A stretch of DNA of 64,000 bases, taken from assembly GCA_025934105.1 (NCBI GenBank), contig JAICYS010000001.1:15324-79323 (forward strand). The letters run 5' to 3'. The position numbers and the translations under genes are program-made. The notes beneath the pieces were generated by a model that made no database searches, had not been told where the DNA came from, and worked only from the letters and a program-made list of their open reading frames with translations. Every line of letters starts with the position of its first letter. Position 1 is the first letter of the stretch. Below are positions 25,874-63,372 of this stretch, one piece after another. The stretch comes from Myxococcota bacterium (GTDB taxonomy: Bacteria > Myxococcota_A > Polyangia > Fen-1088).

Positions 25874-28800
25874 CACTCGCCTCCTTCGATCACGTCGAGC
25901 AGACCGCGTAGCTCCGCCTCGGCTTCCACGTCGGACAGGCTGTCGATCTGCTGCGCCAGCGCCACCTCTTCGACCACCGCCGGCTTCGGCGCCTCGGGAG
26001 CGGCGCGCTCGGCGGCTTTCAGCTCGAGGCCCAGCTGCTGGGCGACGAATTCCGCCAGCCCCGCGATCGTCGGGTGAGCCCAGATCAGCGTGGCGCGCAG
26101 CGCGAGCCCCAGGCTCAGCTCGAGGCGGTTGCGGAACTCGAGCGCCGTCAGCGAATCGAGGCCCAGCGTGGTGAGCGGCTTGGCGTGATCGACGGCCTCG
26201 GCCGGGATGCGCAGCACCGCGGCCACCTCGCCCGCCAGGTGCTCCTCCAGCATCCGGCGCCGCGCCCCGGGCCGCGCGGCGCCGAGCGCGTCCTTGACCT
26301 GGCTCCGCTGCGCAGCGGCCGCCGCCGGCTCCTCGTGCAGCGCGGCCAGCAGCTTCCATTGCGCGGCCGACGGGTTCGACTCGAGCCACTGGCGGAGGTT
26401 CAGCGGCGCCACCGTGACCTGGGGGAGCGGCGAGGACAGGAGGCGCGCCAGGGCCCGAATCCCCTGCTCCGACGTGAGGCTGCGGACGCCCTGGCCGGCG
26501 ACCCGCTTGGCCCGGTTGTCCTGCGCCGCGGCCAGGCCGACCTCACCCCAGGCTCCCCAGTTCACGCTGAGCGCCGGTCGTCCCGCCGCATGCCGGTGGT
26601 GAGCGAGCGCGTCCAGGAACGCGTTGCCCGCCGCGTAGCTGGCCTGCGCGGGCGCCCCCAAGATCGACGCCAGCGACGAGAACAGGACGAAGAAGTCCAG
26701 CGGATCGCCGGCCGTGGCCAGATGCAGGTTCCAGGCCCCGGCCACCTTGGGCGCCATCACGGCCGCGAACCGGTCGGCGGTCTGCTTGACCAGGATCCCG
26801 TCGTCGAGAACACCGGCCGCGTGGATCACCCCACGCAGCGGCGCGTCCGGATCGCCGGCGGCGGCGGCGCGGACCCGCGCGACGTCTTCCGCGCGCGCGA
26901 CGTCGCCCTGCGCGACCAGAACGGTGGCGCCCGCGGCGCGCAGGCTGGCCAGCACGGCCTCGGCGCCGGCGCTGGGGGCCCGCCGTCCCATGAGGACCAG
27001 ACGCCGCGCGCCGCTCGCGACCAGGTGCTTGGCGGCCTCCAGGCCGAGTCCTCCGAGCCCGCCCGTGATCGCGTACGTGGCGTCGCCCCGGATGCGGACC
27101 TCCCGGCGCGCGGGCGCGATCGGCGCCGCCGGATCCCGCATGGCGATGACCACCTTGCCGCCGTGCTTGGCCTGGGCGACGTGCCGGAAGGCGTCCGCGG
27201 CCGAACGGGCCGGGAAGCTCTCGACGGGGAGCGGCCGCAGCCGGCCACTTGCCAGCTCGCCCACCAGCTGGGCCAGCGCGGACTCGACCGCCCGCGGGCG
27301 GCTGGTCAACATGCCGCGCAGATCCACCAGCGACATCGAGATCCCCTTCAGGAACGGCCGCAGCCCCAGCTTCGCGTCGTCGTAGTAGTCCCGCTTGCCG
27401 ATGTCCACGTAGCGCCCGTGCTGCCGGAGCACGCCCAGGCTGTACGGGATGAACTGGCCGGACAGTGAGTTGAGAACGACGTCGACGCCTTCGCCGGCGG
27501 TGGCCTCCATGGTCTGGCGCGCGAACTCGAGCGAGCGCGAGCTCATGACGTGGCGGACGCCCAGCGCGCGCAGCCGCTCGCGCTTCGCGTCGCTGCCGGC
27601 CGTCGCAAACACCTCGGCGCCCGCCAGCAGCGCCAGCTGCACGGCCGCCAGGCCCACCCCCGTCGAGGCGGCGTGAATGAGGACCCGTTCGCCCGGCTCC
27701 AGCCGGGCGGCCTGGCGCAGCGCCAGGTGGGCGGTCAGGAAGGCGATCGGGAAACCGGCGCCGGCCTCGAAGCTCACGCCGGCGGGCAGGTGCGCCGTCA
27801 ACCCTGCCAGCCCGACGACGTGGGACCGGAACGCGCTGGGGGCCAGGGCCAGCACGCGATCGCCCGCCGCGAACCCGTCGACACCCGGACCGACGCGGAC
27901 GATCCGCCCGGCGCACTCTCCGCCCAGGCGCGGAGACTGCGGGCGGCCACCAGGCGCGTCGTCGGGCAACGCGCCCAGCGCCAGCAGCACGTCCAGCAGA
28001 TTGAGGCCGGCGGCCTCGACCTCGATCTCGACCTCCGCCGGCCCCGGCGCGCGGCGCGCCACCTCACGCAGATCGAGCGCCTCCAGCGTCCCCGGGCTCT
28101 CGGTCTCGAGCGCGAACGGGCGAGCGCCGGCGGGGGCCTTCACCTCGCGGCGGCGGGGCTCCGGCGCGGTCCGCACCAACCGCGCGACGAAGCGGCGGCC
28201 GGCACGGAGCGCGATCGAGTCTTCGCCGGCGCCGCCCGCGCTGAGCTCGGCGGCCAGCGCGTCCAGGTCGGCCTCCGCGCAGCGCGCCGGCAGATCGATG
28301 CAGGTGGGGCGCAGCTCGGGATGTTCGTGAACCAGTGACCGGGCCAGCCCCCACAGCGGCGCGTGGCGGGGTGGGATCTCGCCGTCACTCTCGATCGCCT
28401 GCGTCCCCCGGGTCACGATCCACAGGCGCGGGGGCTCGCGCCCGCCCGCCTCCGCGAGCAGCTGAACCAGCCGCATGACCTCGACGCTGCTCGCCGACGC
28501 TCCCGCCGCGACCCCCCCGTCCTCGTCATCGATCGGCGACAGGTAGGCGATCGCGGTGCAGTCCGCAGCGGCGGCCAGCGCGCGCTCGATGCCGGCCAGC
28601 CCGGCGCCGGCGCGCATGCAGCGCGCCCCGGCGGTCTCCAATCGCCGGACGACCCGGCCGGCCAGCGCCCCGTCACCGACCACCATCCAGCTCCCCGGCG
28701 CGGAGCCCGCGCCGGCCGCCTGGCGGTCCTGCGCCTGCCAGTCGATCGCGAACAGCCAGTCCTCGTGCTCTTCTCGCCGGCGGCTGGCCCGTCGCAGGAC

Positions 28801-31800
28801 GACCCCGGTCGCCTCGACGACGATGCGACCGTCCTCGGCGTAGAGACGAACGTCCCCTTCCAGCTCGTCGGCGGCCCCGGGACGGCAACGCGCGTGAACC
28901 CAGCCCCGCTCAGGAAGCGCGCCGTCCGCGCGCAACCGCCCGATCCGCACCGGCAGGTAGGTCGCCTCGCCGTCCGACGACTGCGTCGCGCCCAGGACCT
29001 GCAAGCAGGCGTCGAGCAACCAGGGCTCGATCTCCCAGCGCCCCGGCTCGGCGGCCGTCAGGGCCAGCTCGGCCGCCGCTTCTCCGGACCCGACCCAGAG
29101 CCGCCGCAGGCCGGCGTAGCGGGCGCCGTAGTCGATCCCGCGCCGGCGCGCGACGTCGTAGAACGCCGCCGCGTCGACCGGGCTGCCGCACCGCTCGCGC
29201 ACGGCGGCCAGCGTCTCGGGCGGCTCCGCCGCTTCGGCGGAGCCCGACGGGTCCGGCCGCGGGGACAGGCGGCCGCGGGCGTGCAACGTCCATTTTTCCG
29301 CGGTGCCGCCGGGCGCGCTCGACACCTCGAACCCCGACTCCCGCGCGACCAGCTGGACGGTCGTGCTCCCCGAGACGTCGACCGACAGCAGGCTCGTGAA
29401 CTCGACGTCCTCGAGATCGGCCGGCCGCCCGTCGGCGCGCGCGGCGTGCATCGCCGCCTCCAGCCACACCGCGCCCGCCACGACCGGGACGCCCTGAACC
29501 CGGTGCTCCTGCAGGTGCGGCAGCCGCTTGACGTCCAGCTCGCCCTGCCAGATGCGAGCGCCCGGCTCCAGCGCCGTCCGGAAGCTCTGCGCCAGCCAGG
29601 GGTGGCCCGACGCCTGCTCGGCCGCGACCGGCCGCTTGCCGGCCTCTTCCAGCCAGTAGCGCTGGCGGGTCCAGGCGTAGGCGGGCAGCCGCACCATCCG
29701 GCCACCCGCGCCGGCCTCGCGCCGCGCCCAGTCGACCTCGCCGCCGTTGACGTGAACGCGCGCCAGCGACTCGGCCAGGTCGCGCACCTCGTCGCCGCCC
29801 CGCCGCGTGCTGCCGAAGGCCACACCCCGGGTGCCCAGCGTCCGCTGCAGCGTCGGCGTCAGCACGGGGTGCGGGCTCACCTCGACGAAGAGCTCGCGGC
29901 CGAGCGCGAGCAGCTTCTCGATCGAGTCGTGAAACTTCACCGGCTCGCGCAGATTCCGGGCCCAGTAGTCGCCGTCCAGCGCCTCGCCGTCGATCATCTT
30001 TCCAAGCAGCGTCGAGCAGAACGGGATCTCGGGGCGCCGGGGCTGGAGGCCGGCGAGCGCGGCCCGGAGCTCGCCCAGCAGATTGTCCATCTCCGAGCTG
30101 TGGGAGGCGTAGTCGACGTCGACCAGCCGGGCGAAGACGCCCCGCGCCCCCAGGTCGGCCACCAGGCGTTCCACCGCCGGGCCTCCTCCCGAGACGAGCA
30201 CCGTCTCCGGACCGTGGTGCGACGCGATCGACACCCCGGCGTAATTTTGAAGCTCTCGCTGGCCCTGCTCCCAGGTCAGCTCGACCAGCGCCATCCGACC
30301 GCGCCCGCAGGTGCGGCTCACCAGGCGGCTGCGCGTCCCGATGACGCGGGCGCCGTCTTCCAGACTGAGCGCTCCCGACACGACGCTGGCCGCCACCTCG
30401 CCCAGGCTGTGGCCGATGACGGCGTCGGGCTTCACGCCCCAGTCGATCCACTGCGCGGTCAACGACACCTGCAGGGCGAACAGCAAGGGCTGGATCACGT
30501 CGACCCGCTTCCAGCCGGCGCCCTCGTGATCGCTGGCCAGCACCTCCAGCACCGAGAATCCGGCCGGCCCGCGCAGGGCCCCGTCGCACTCGCCGAGACG
30601 GCGCGCGAACGCGGGCTCGTCCTTCAGCCTGCGCCCCATCCCGATCCACTGCGATCCCTGCCCCGGGTAGACGAACACCACCGACCGGGGGCCTCCCGCC
30701 CAGCTGCCGCTCACGACCCCCGGCACCGACTCGCCGCGCGCGAACCCGCGCAGTCCGCCGGCCAGCTGGGCCGCCGTCTCGCCGACCACGCACACCCGCT
30801 GGGGGTGGTGATGGCGATGGGCGCCCGCCGTGAGCGCGGCGTCGACCAGCCAGCCTGGCTCGCCGCCCCGGCGTCCAATCTCGAGGGCCAGCCGCTCCGA
30901 CTGCGCCCGCAGCGACCGCTCGCCGCGCGCCGAGACGGGCAGCACGTGAACGCGGCGCGCGCGCGCCGCCGCCGGACGCGCGGCGGAGAGCGGCGCCTGT
31001 TCCAGCACCACGTGGGCGTTGGTGCCGCCAATGCCGAACGAGCTGACGCCCGCCCGCAGGCAGTCGCCGGCCGCCCCCCACTCGCTGAGCTCGGTGTTGA
31101 CCCGGAACGGACTGTTGGCGAAGTCGATGTGGGGGTTCGGCTCGCGAAAGTTGAGGCTGGCGGGGATCTGGCGGTGCTTCAACGCCAGCACGGTCTTGAT
31201 GAAGCCGGCGATGCCGGCGGCCGTCTCCAGGTGCCCGACGCTGGTCTTGAGCGAGCCGATCGCGCAGGAGGCTTTCCCCTTGCTGCGCTGGTGAAAGGCC
31301 CTGGTGAGCGCGGTGATCTCGATCGGATCGCCGAGGGGAGTTCCCGTTCCGTGGGTCTCGACGTAGCCGATGGTCGCCGCGTCGACGCCGGCGACGGCCA
31401 GCGCCTCCGAGATGACGGCGGTCTGACCGTCGACGCCCGGGGCGACGAACCCGACCTTGGCGGCCCCGTCGTTGTTGACCGCCGACCCGAGAATGACGGC
31501 GTCGACGACGTTGCCGTCGGCCAGCGCGTCGTCCAGGCGCTTGAGCACGACCACGCCGGCGCCGCTGCCGAAGGTCGTTCCGTTCGCCGCGGCGTCGAAC
31601 GCGCGGCAGCGGCCGTCCGGCGACAGCAGGCCCCCCTCCTGATAGAGAAAGCCGAACTTCTGCGGGATGCGCACCCGGACCCCGCCGGCCAGCGCCAGGT
31701 CGCACTCGCCGGCCAACAGCGCCTGGCAGGCGATGTGAACCGCGACCAGCGACGTCGAGCAGGCGGTCTGGACCGTCACGGCCGGCCCGCGCAGGTCCAG

Positions 31801-32279
31801 CTTGTAGGACAGCCGGGTCGCCGTGTAGTCCTTGTCGTTGCCGAGCAGGTTTTCCAGCTCGGTGACGACGTTCATCCCCTCCATCCGCCCGTCGAGATAG
31901 CCGCTGGTGCCGGCGCCGACGTAGACGCCGACCAGCCCCTTGGCGCGCGCGCGGCTCCAGCCCGCCTGCTCCAGCGCCTCCCACGCGCATTCCAGCAGGA
32001 TGCGCTGCTGGGGATCGACGCGTTCCGCCTCGCGCACCGTCATCCCGAAGAATCCCGCGTCGAACAGATCGATCGCCTGGAGAACGGGCGCCGCCTTCAC
32101 GCAGCGCGGATCGCGCCGCACCGACGCGAGGATTCCCGACGCCTCGAGCTCCTCGTCCGAGAAGCTGGTGACGGACTCGACCCCTTCGCGCAGGTTGTCC
32201 CAGAAGGTGTCCAGATCGCTGGCCCCCGGGAACCTGCCGGACATCCCGACGACGGCGATGCGGGGCTGGCCGCCGCCGC

Positions 32280-32283
<4 letters not shown>
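25873..32283 (-). CDS. Type I modular PKS, module M6: KS(NRPS-accepting type)-AT(methylmalonyl-type)-DH-ER-KR-ACP
   Basis: ATG at 32283 overlaps the upstream TGA (ATGA), with GGAGAGGG upstream. The N-terminus is short and has no coil (MSGGGQPRIAVVGMSGRFPGA). The KS Cys sits in QTACSTS (31759..31761), the style usual for KSs fed by a PCP, followed by ETHGTGT and SVGHLE. Motifs seen: AT GQGSQWIGMG, RVDVIQP, GHSLGE, YASHS; DH HPWLAQ plus LQEHRVQGVPVVAGAVW; ER LIHAASTGVG (27633..27686, one-Gly variant) with IGKRDYY; [28 protein letters not shown]; ACP LGLDSL. Confidence 0.92.
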
Positions 32284-41779
<9,496 letters not shown>

Positions 41780-41783
<4 letters not shown>

Positions 41784-44700
41784 TTCGCGTCAACCTCCAG
41801 CTCGTCCAGCTTCGCCAGCAACACGGCCTCCGCCTCGTCCTCGGACACGTCGGCCAGCGAGGGGCCGCTGGCCACGGCCCGTCGAACCGGCGGGCTGGCC
41901 GGGTGGGCCGGCCCGCCGCCGTCCAGAGGCAGGCCCATCTTCTCGGCCAGATGCGGCACCAGCGCGTCCACGCTGCGGTACGTGAACAGAAGGCTGGCGG
42001 GCAAGCTGACGTCCAGCGCGATCTCGATTCGATTGCGGAGCTCGAGCGCCATCAGCGAATCGAACCCCAGCGCGGCGATGCGGGTGGACGGGTGGATCCG
42101 CGACGCCCCCAGCCGGAGCACGCGCGCCATCTCGGTGATGACGTACTGCTCGAGGCGAACCCGGCGGGGCAGAGGCTCGAGCGTCTCCAGCTCGCGGCGA
42201 ACGGCGGCGCGCAGGGAGGCCGCCGAGGGGCCGGCCGCGGGCGGGAGCAGGTGTGAGAAGAACGGCAGCTCCGCCAGCTGCGGAGACGCGGCACGCCAGC
42301 GGGCCAGATCGAGGCGCGCGACCATCGTTTGGGCCGCGTCGGTGCGCATCAGGACCTCCAGCGCCGCCAGACCCTGCGCCGGCGAGAGGCTGCGCACGCC
42401 GCGCGCGTCCAGGCGGTTCCCGCGGTCGTCGCGGGCGGCGGCCAGCCCCACCTCGCCCCACGGTCCCCAGTCGACCGCCACCGCGGGCAGCCCGGCCGCC
42501 CGCCGGTGGTGCGCGAGCGCGTCGACGAAGGCGTTGGCCGAGGCGTAGTTCCCCTGGCCGGGCGAGCCGAGCACCGCCGCCGCCGACGAGAACAGCACGA
42601 AGAAGTCCAGCGGCAAGCCGCGCGTGGCCCCGTGCAGGTTCCAGGCGCCCGCGACCTTCGGATTGAAGACCGCCGCAAAAGAGTCCCACGTCGCGCGCGC
42701 GAAGGTGGCGTCGGCCAGCACGCCGGCCGCGTGCACCACGCCGCGCAGGGGCGCGTCGCGCGCCACGGTTTGCAACAGCCGATCGACGTCGTCGGGCCGC
42801 CCGACGTCGGCGCGCGCGACGCGGACGTTCGCCCCCGCCGCCGCCAGCGCGTCCAGCGCCGCCTGCGCGCGCGGGCCGGGCGGGTGGCGGCCGGCCAGCA
42901 ACAAGTGTCGGGCACCGCGCTCGACCAGGAAGCGGGCCACCTGCAGGCCGAGCCCCCCCAGTCCGCCGGTAACCAGGTAGGTCGCAGCAGGCGACAGGAC
43001 CGCCGGCGTCCCACTCACCGGCGCTGGCTTGCCCAGCCGCGCCACGAACCGGCGATGGCCGCGCCTCCCGATCTCACGCTCGGGGCCCGGGTGTCGAAGT
43101 TCGGCGACCAGCGCGTCCAGATCGGCGCCGTCGAACTGCTCGGGCAGGTCGTAACAGACGCCGCGCAGCTCCGGGTGCTCGTGGGCCAGCGTCCGCGCGA
43201 ATCCGACGAGCGGCGCGTGCGTCACCCGCACCGGGTCCCCCGCCGCGATCGCCTGGGCCGCGCGGGTCACCAGCCAGAACCGCGGCGACGACCCCAGCGG
43301 CGCAGCCGCCAGCGCCTGGAGCGCCGCCAGAGCGCCGCCCACGCCGTGGCGCTGGGCCTCCAGGATCGCCGCCGTCGAGATCGAATCGGCCAGCGCCTCC
43401 TCGTCCTCCGCCGCCCACAGATGAAGGATGCCCACCGGCGCCGGGCCCTGCTGCAGCGCCGCGGCCAGCCGATCGAGCTCGGCGCGCCGGATTCGAACCG
43501 CGGCGGCACCGGCCGCCTCGAGACGCTGGATGACGGCGCTGCCGAGCAGCCCGTCGGAAAGGACGATCCAGCTTCCGCCGGCGGGCGTCTGGTCGGCGGC
43601 GCGCGGCCGGGCCTGCTCTTCCCAGCCCACCGTGTAGAGCCAGCTCTCGACGGCCGCGGCGCGCACCCGGCGCAACCGGACGTCGATCGCCTCCATCACC
43701 AGCCGCCCGGCCTGATCGTAGACGCGCACGTCTCCCGCCGCCTCGCCGTCGGGCGCCGGCCGGCGCGCGGCGTGGACCCGACCCCGGTCCTGCAAGCGAT
43801 CGAAGACGCGCAAGGTCCCGACGCCCACCGGCAGGTACGTCGCGTCTTCCTCTTCCACCAGCGCGCCCAGCGTCTGCACGGCGGCGTCGAGCAGCCACGG
43901 CTCGATCACCCACCGCCCCGGCTCGGCGCCTTTCACCAGCAGCTCTCCCAGCGCTTCGTCCGAGCCCTGGAAGACGCGGTCGAGGCCGGCGTACCGCTCG
44001 CCATAGTCCAGCCCGCGCGCCCGCGCCTGCTCGTAGAGCTCGTTGGCGGGGATCTCGCGGGGGCAGCGCGCGCGCGCCGCCTGCAGCAGGGCCGGGTCGG
44101 CGGGCGGCGCCGGCTCCTCCGCGGCAAATCGCCCCCGGGCGTGCACCTTCCAGTCCCCGTCGTCGGAGCGGGGCGCGCTCAGCACCTCGAAGCTCTGGCC
44201 GCGAACGACGATCTGGACCGTGCCGGCGCCGGCCCTGTCCAGCGCCAGCATCTCGACCAGCTCCACCGACTGCAGGCCGCCGAAGCCACGCGCCCGCCCC
44301 GCGTGCAGCGCGGCCTCGATCCAGAGCGCTCCGGCGGCGACGGTGGCGCCGCCCACCCGGTGCTCCGAAAGGTGCGGCGCCTGCTGGACGTCCAGGTCAC
44401 CCTGCCAGACGAAGGTCCCGCGCTCGGTGGCGCTGCGATAGCCGGGGCCCAGCCAGCCGTGTCCCGCCCGCGCGGCCGGGGCCGACTCGCTGGGCGGCTC
44501 GGTCCAGCAGCGCTCGTGACTCCAGGCGTAGGTGGGGAGACTGATCTTCTTGGCGCGGCGCCCGGTCGACAGGCGCGAGAAGTCGACGTCGTAGCCGCGC
44601 GCGTAGAGCTCGCCCAGCGAGCCGAGCAGGCCGGCCAGCCCGCCGCCGTCACGCCGGAGGGACGGAACCACGGCGGCGCCGACCCGCTTGCCCGCGAAGC

Positions 44701-47217
44701 CGTCCGCGATCGACGGGAGCAGGATCGGGTGCGGATTGATCTCGATGAAGGTGTCCGCGCCGGCCCGCTGCGCCGACTCCACCGCCGGCCAGAACCGCAC
44801 CGGCTCGCGCAGGTTGTCCTGCCAGTAGCTCGCCGGCGGCTCCCCCTCGAGGATCGCGCCCGTCACCGTCGAGTAGAGGGGAACGTCTGCCCGGCGCGAG
44901 CGAACGGCGTGCACGGCCGCCAGCAGTTCCGGCTTGAGCGCGTCCATTTGCCGGCTGTGCGAGGCGTAGTCGACGCTGATCCGACGGCAAAACGTCCCCC
45001 GCGCCTCGAGACGCGCCAGCAGGCGTTCCAGGGCCGCGGGCGCGCCGGAGACGACCGTCGTGCGCGGGCCGTTGACGGCCGCGATCGAGAGATCGGGCTC
45101 GCCCTCGAGCGCCGCCGACACCTCCGCGGCCGGAAGGTCCACCACCGCCATCCCACCCTGCCCGCTCAGCCGCCGGACCAGCCGGCTTCGCACGCAGACG
45201 ATCCGGCAGGCGTCCTCCAGCGAGAGCATTCCCGCCACCTGCGCCGCGCCGATCTCGCCCATGCTGTGACCGATCACGGCGGCCGGGGTCACGCCCCAGG
45301 CGCGCCAGAGCGCCGCCAGCCCGAGCTGCATCGCGAACACGGCCGGCTGAATGACGTCGACCCGCTCCAGCCCCGCCTGCGGCCCTTCGCCGCACAAGGT
45401 GTCGGCCAGCGGCCAGTCGGTGAGCCCCCGCATCGCCTGCTCGCAGGCCTGGATCCGCTCGCGAAAGATCGGCGACTCCGCCAGCAGCGCTCGCCCCATC
45501 CGCGGCCACTGTCCGCCCTGCCCCGGGAAGACGAACACGATCCGCGCCGCCGGCGCCGTCACCTCGCCGCGCGCAAGGCCGGGCCGCGTCTCGTCGCCCA
45601 GGAACGCGGTCAACCGCTCTTGCACGCCCGCGGCCGTGTCGGCCACCACCGCCAGGCGATGCGCGTGATGCGCCCGCCCGACGCCCGCCGTGTGGGCGAC
45701 GTCGCTCAAGGCCTGGTCCGGGTGGCCGGCCAGGTGTTCGAGATACGCGCGCGCCTGCTGCCGCAGGCCCTCGGCCGTCTTGGACGAGATCGGCAGCAGC
45801 GTCACGGCCGGGGCGGCCGCTTCGACGGCGTCGCCGCGCGCGTCCGGCCGGCCGGGCGCCTCTTCCAGGACGGCGTGGGCGTTGGTGCCGCTCATTCCAA
45901 ACGAGCTGACGGCCGCCCGCCGCACGCCGGGACCGCCGGGCCAGGGGAGGTCCGCCGTCGGGATCACGAACGGCGTCCCCTCCAGCGAAATGTGCGGATT
46001 CAACGTCCGATAGTGCAGGTTGCGTGGAATCGACCCGTGCTCCAGGGCCAGCACCGCCTTGATGAATCCGGCCACGCCGGCCGCCGCCTCCAGGTGGCCG
46101 ACGTTGGTCTTGAGCGCGCCGAGCGCGCAGCCCGAACCGGCGGCGCGCGGGGCGCCGTAGACCTCTTTCAAGGCTTCGTACTCGATCGGATCGCCCAGCG
46201 AGGTCCCGGTCCCGTGCGTCTCGACGTAGCCGACCTCTTGGGGCGCGACCCGCGCGTTGGCCAGGGCCCTGCGCAGCAGCGCCTGCTGCGCCAGCACGTT
46301 GGGGGTCGTGAGCCCGGTCGACCGGCCGTCCTGGTTGACGGCCGATCCCCGGACCACCGCGCGGATCCGATCTCCGTCGCGCACGGCGTCGGAGAGCCGC
46401 TTCAGCAGCACCACGCCGCACCCCTCGCCCCGGACGAAGCCGTTGGCCTCGGCGTCGAACGCCCGGGAACGGCCGTCCGGCGACAGCGCCTGCGTCGCCG
46501 ACACCGCCGCCATCGTGTGCGGCGCCAAGATCAGGTTCACCCCCGCCGCGATCGCCGCGCAGGATTCACCCGCGCGCAGGCTCTGGCAGGCGAGATGAAC
46601 GGCCACCAGCGAGGACGAGCAGGCCGTGTCGACGGCCATGGCCGGCCCCTGAAATCCGAACACGAAGCTGAGCCGGCCGGCGGCGTTGCTGGTCATGACG
46701 CCGGTCAGCGCGTAGAGATCCGGGTGCTCGGGGACGCCGGTGCCGACCTGGTGCAGGTAGTCGTAGGAAGAGATCCCGACGAACACCCCGGTGGTGCTGC
46801 CCATCAGCGTCCTCGGCACGATGCCGGCGTCCTCGAACGCCTCCCAGGTCGTCTCCAGCAAGAACCGCTGCTGCGGATCCAGGGACATCGCCTCGCGGGG
46901 GGCGATCCCGAAGAACGTCGGGTCGAATTGATCGACGCCGTCGACCAGGCCGGCCCACTTGGTGCCCCGGTGGTTGGCGTTGAGGCGCGTCTTGGCCCAG
47001 CGCGAATCGCCGAGCTCGCGGACGCCGTCGGCCCCGGAGGCCAGAGCGCTCCAGAAGGCCTCGGGGCCGCGCCCGCCGATTGGAAAGCGACACCCGATCC
47101 CGACCACGGCGATCGGCTCGCTCCGGGCGTTCTCCAGCGCGTCGATTTTCGCCTGCGCCTTTTCGACCGCCACCAGCGCGCGCTGCAACTGGGCGGCCAC
47201 CTCGGGCCTCTGACCGG

Positions 47218-47221
<4 letters not shown>
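41780..47221 (-). CDS. Type I modular PKS, module M3: KS-AT(methylmalonyl-type)-DH-KR-ACP
   Basis: ATG at 47221 overlaps the upstream TGA (ATGA). The N-terminal coil is [35 protein letters not shown]. Motifs seen: TACSSS, ETHGTGT, NVGHLE; [28 protein letters not shown]; [31 protein letters not shown]; no ER; [25 protein letters not shown]; ACP LGFDSL. Confidence 0.92.
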
Positions 47222-62049
<14,828 letters not shown>

Positions 62050-62253
62050 CGACCGAGGTGCCTTGCGAAGCTAACGAGCCGAGCCATCACCAATTTCGCT
62101 CCTTCACGACAGACGCGTCTCCCGACGGTGATCCCCGCTTCCCGCAAGACATTTTCCTCGGACCCAGTCACGCGCATGTTCTCGAAGTGACGCCAGTCTG
62201 CGTCCGCTTCAACGCTAGCCTCGCCGGTATATTCCCAACTTCGCGTGTGATAT
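62050..62253. promoter_or_regulatory. Divergent intergenic region; candidate promoter/operator region for the 51-kb PKS operon (leftward) and the oxidoreductase gene (rightward)
   Basis: This is the only non-coding stretch over 60 bp in the window and is visibly less GC-rich than its surroundings. It contains AT-rich hexamers TATATT (62228..62233) and TGTGATATAT (about 62246..62255) just upstream of the rightward gene. I could not recognise a convincing -35/-10 pair for the leftward operon by eye. Confidence 0.35.
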
Positions 62254-63321
62254 ATGCGGTCGGGTCTGGCCATGGGGTTGATGATTTACGGGGCGGACGG
62301 CTACACCGGCGAGCTGATCGCGCGCCTGGCCGCCGCGCGCGGCATGCCGGTCGTGCTCGCCAGTCGAGACGGCGAACCCGTCGCGGCGCTGGCCAAGGAG
62401 CTGGGCCTTCCGCATCGGGTGTTCTCCCTCGACGATCCGGCCGTCGTCGCCGACTCCATTCGCGGCACCAAGGCCGTTCTCAATTGCGCCGGACCGTTTT
62501 CCCGAACGGCGGGTCCGATGGTCGACGCCTGTTTGCGCGAGCGCGTCCACTATGTGGACATCACCGGTGAGGTCAGCGTCCTCGAAGGGCTCGCCAAGCG
62601 CGACGCCGAGGCGCGGGCTTCGAACATCACGCTGCTTCCGGGCGCCGGGTTCGAGCTGGTCCCCTTTGACTGCCTGGCGGCGTACGTCGCGCGCAAGCTG
62701 CCGTCGGCGACGCACCTGGCGGTTGGGCTGCTGCCGCAGACCACCGTGTCGCGGGGCTCGTACTTGACGATGGTCGAGATGGCCGAGCGTGGCAGCCTCA
62801 TCCGGCGCGACGGCGAGCTGGTGCGCGTCGCCAGCCGCGGGCGCTCGCGCCGGATCGACTTCGGGGAGGGGCCGCGAAAATCGATCACCATCCCGTTCGG
62901 CGACGTCGCGACCGCGTTCCACACCACCGGGATCCGGAACATCGAGGTGTTCGTGGCGCTTCCGTTCGGCAAGCGCCTGGGAATGCGGTTGTCGCGATGG
63001 CTGGTCCCGAAGTTGACGGCCTCCGCCCGGTGGAAGCGCTGGCTTCACAGGCAGATCCTGAAGCGTCCGCGCGGCCCCTCGCCCGACGAGCGCGCCAGGC
63101 GGGTCAGCCATGTCTGGGCCGAGGCGAGCGACGGGACGGGCGCGACCGTCCGGGCCCGGCTGAAAACGCCCGAAGCGTATGAGTTCACGTCCTGGGTGGC
63201 GCTGGACCTGGGGAAGAGCGCGGCCCTGGACGCGTTGCCGGTTGGATTTCAGACCCCCGGGCGGGTCTGCGACATCGACTATATGTTGCGCTTTCCGGGC
63301 GTCACCGTCGCGGACTGCTGA
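62254..63321 (+). CDS. Saccharopine dehydrogenase-like NAD(P)-binding oxidoreductase
   Basis: The N-terminal Rossmann motif IYGADGYTGELIARLAA, together with NCAGPF, HYVDITGE and LLPGAGFELVP, is typical of the Sacchrp_dh_NADP family. The start is ambiguous: in-frame ATGs lie at 62254, 62272 and 62281. The 62281 start (MIYGADGYTG) fits best with the Rossmann motif at the extreme N-terminus and with the AT-rich hexamers upstream. Confidence 0.75.
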   Translation: MRSGLAMGLMIYGADGYTGELIARLAAARGMPVVLASRDGEPVAALAKELGLPHRVFSLDDPAVVADSIRGTKAVLNCAGPFSRTAGPMVDACLRERVHYVDITGEVSVLEGLAKRDAEARASNITLLPGAGFELVPFDCLAAYVARKLPSATHLAVGLLPQTTVSRGSYLTMVEMAERGSLIRRDGELVRVASRGRSRRIDFGEGPRKSITIPFGDVATAFHTTGIRNIEVFVALPFGKRLGMRLSRWLVPKLTASARWKRWLHRQILKRPRGPSPDERARRVSHVWAEASDGTGATVRARLKTPEAYEFTSWVALDLGKSAALDALPVGFQTPGRVCDIDYMLRFPGVTVADC

Positions 63322-63372
63322 ACGCGCACGGCCCGTTCGGTCAGGCGGACACCGGCCAGCCGGGCCACAGCC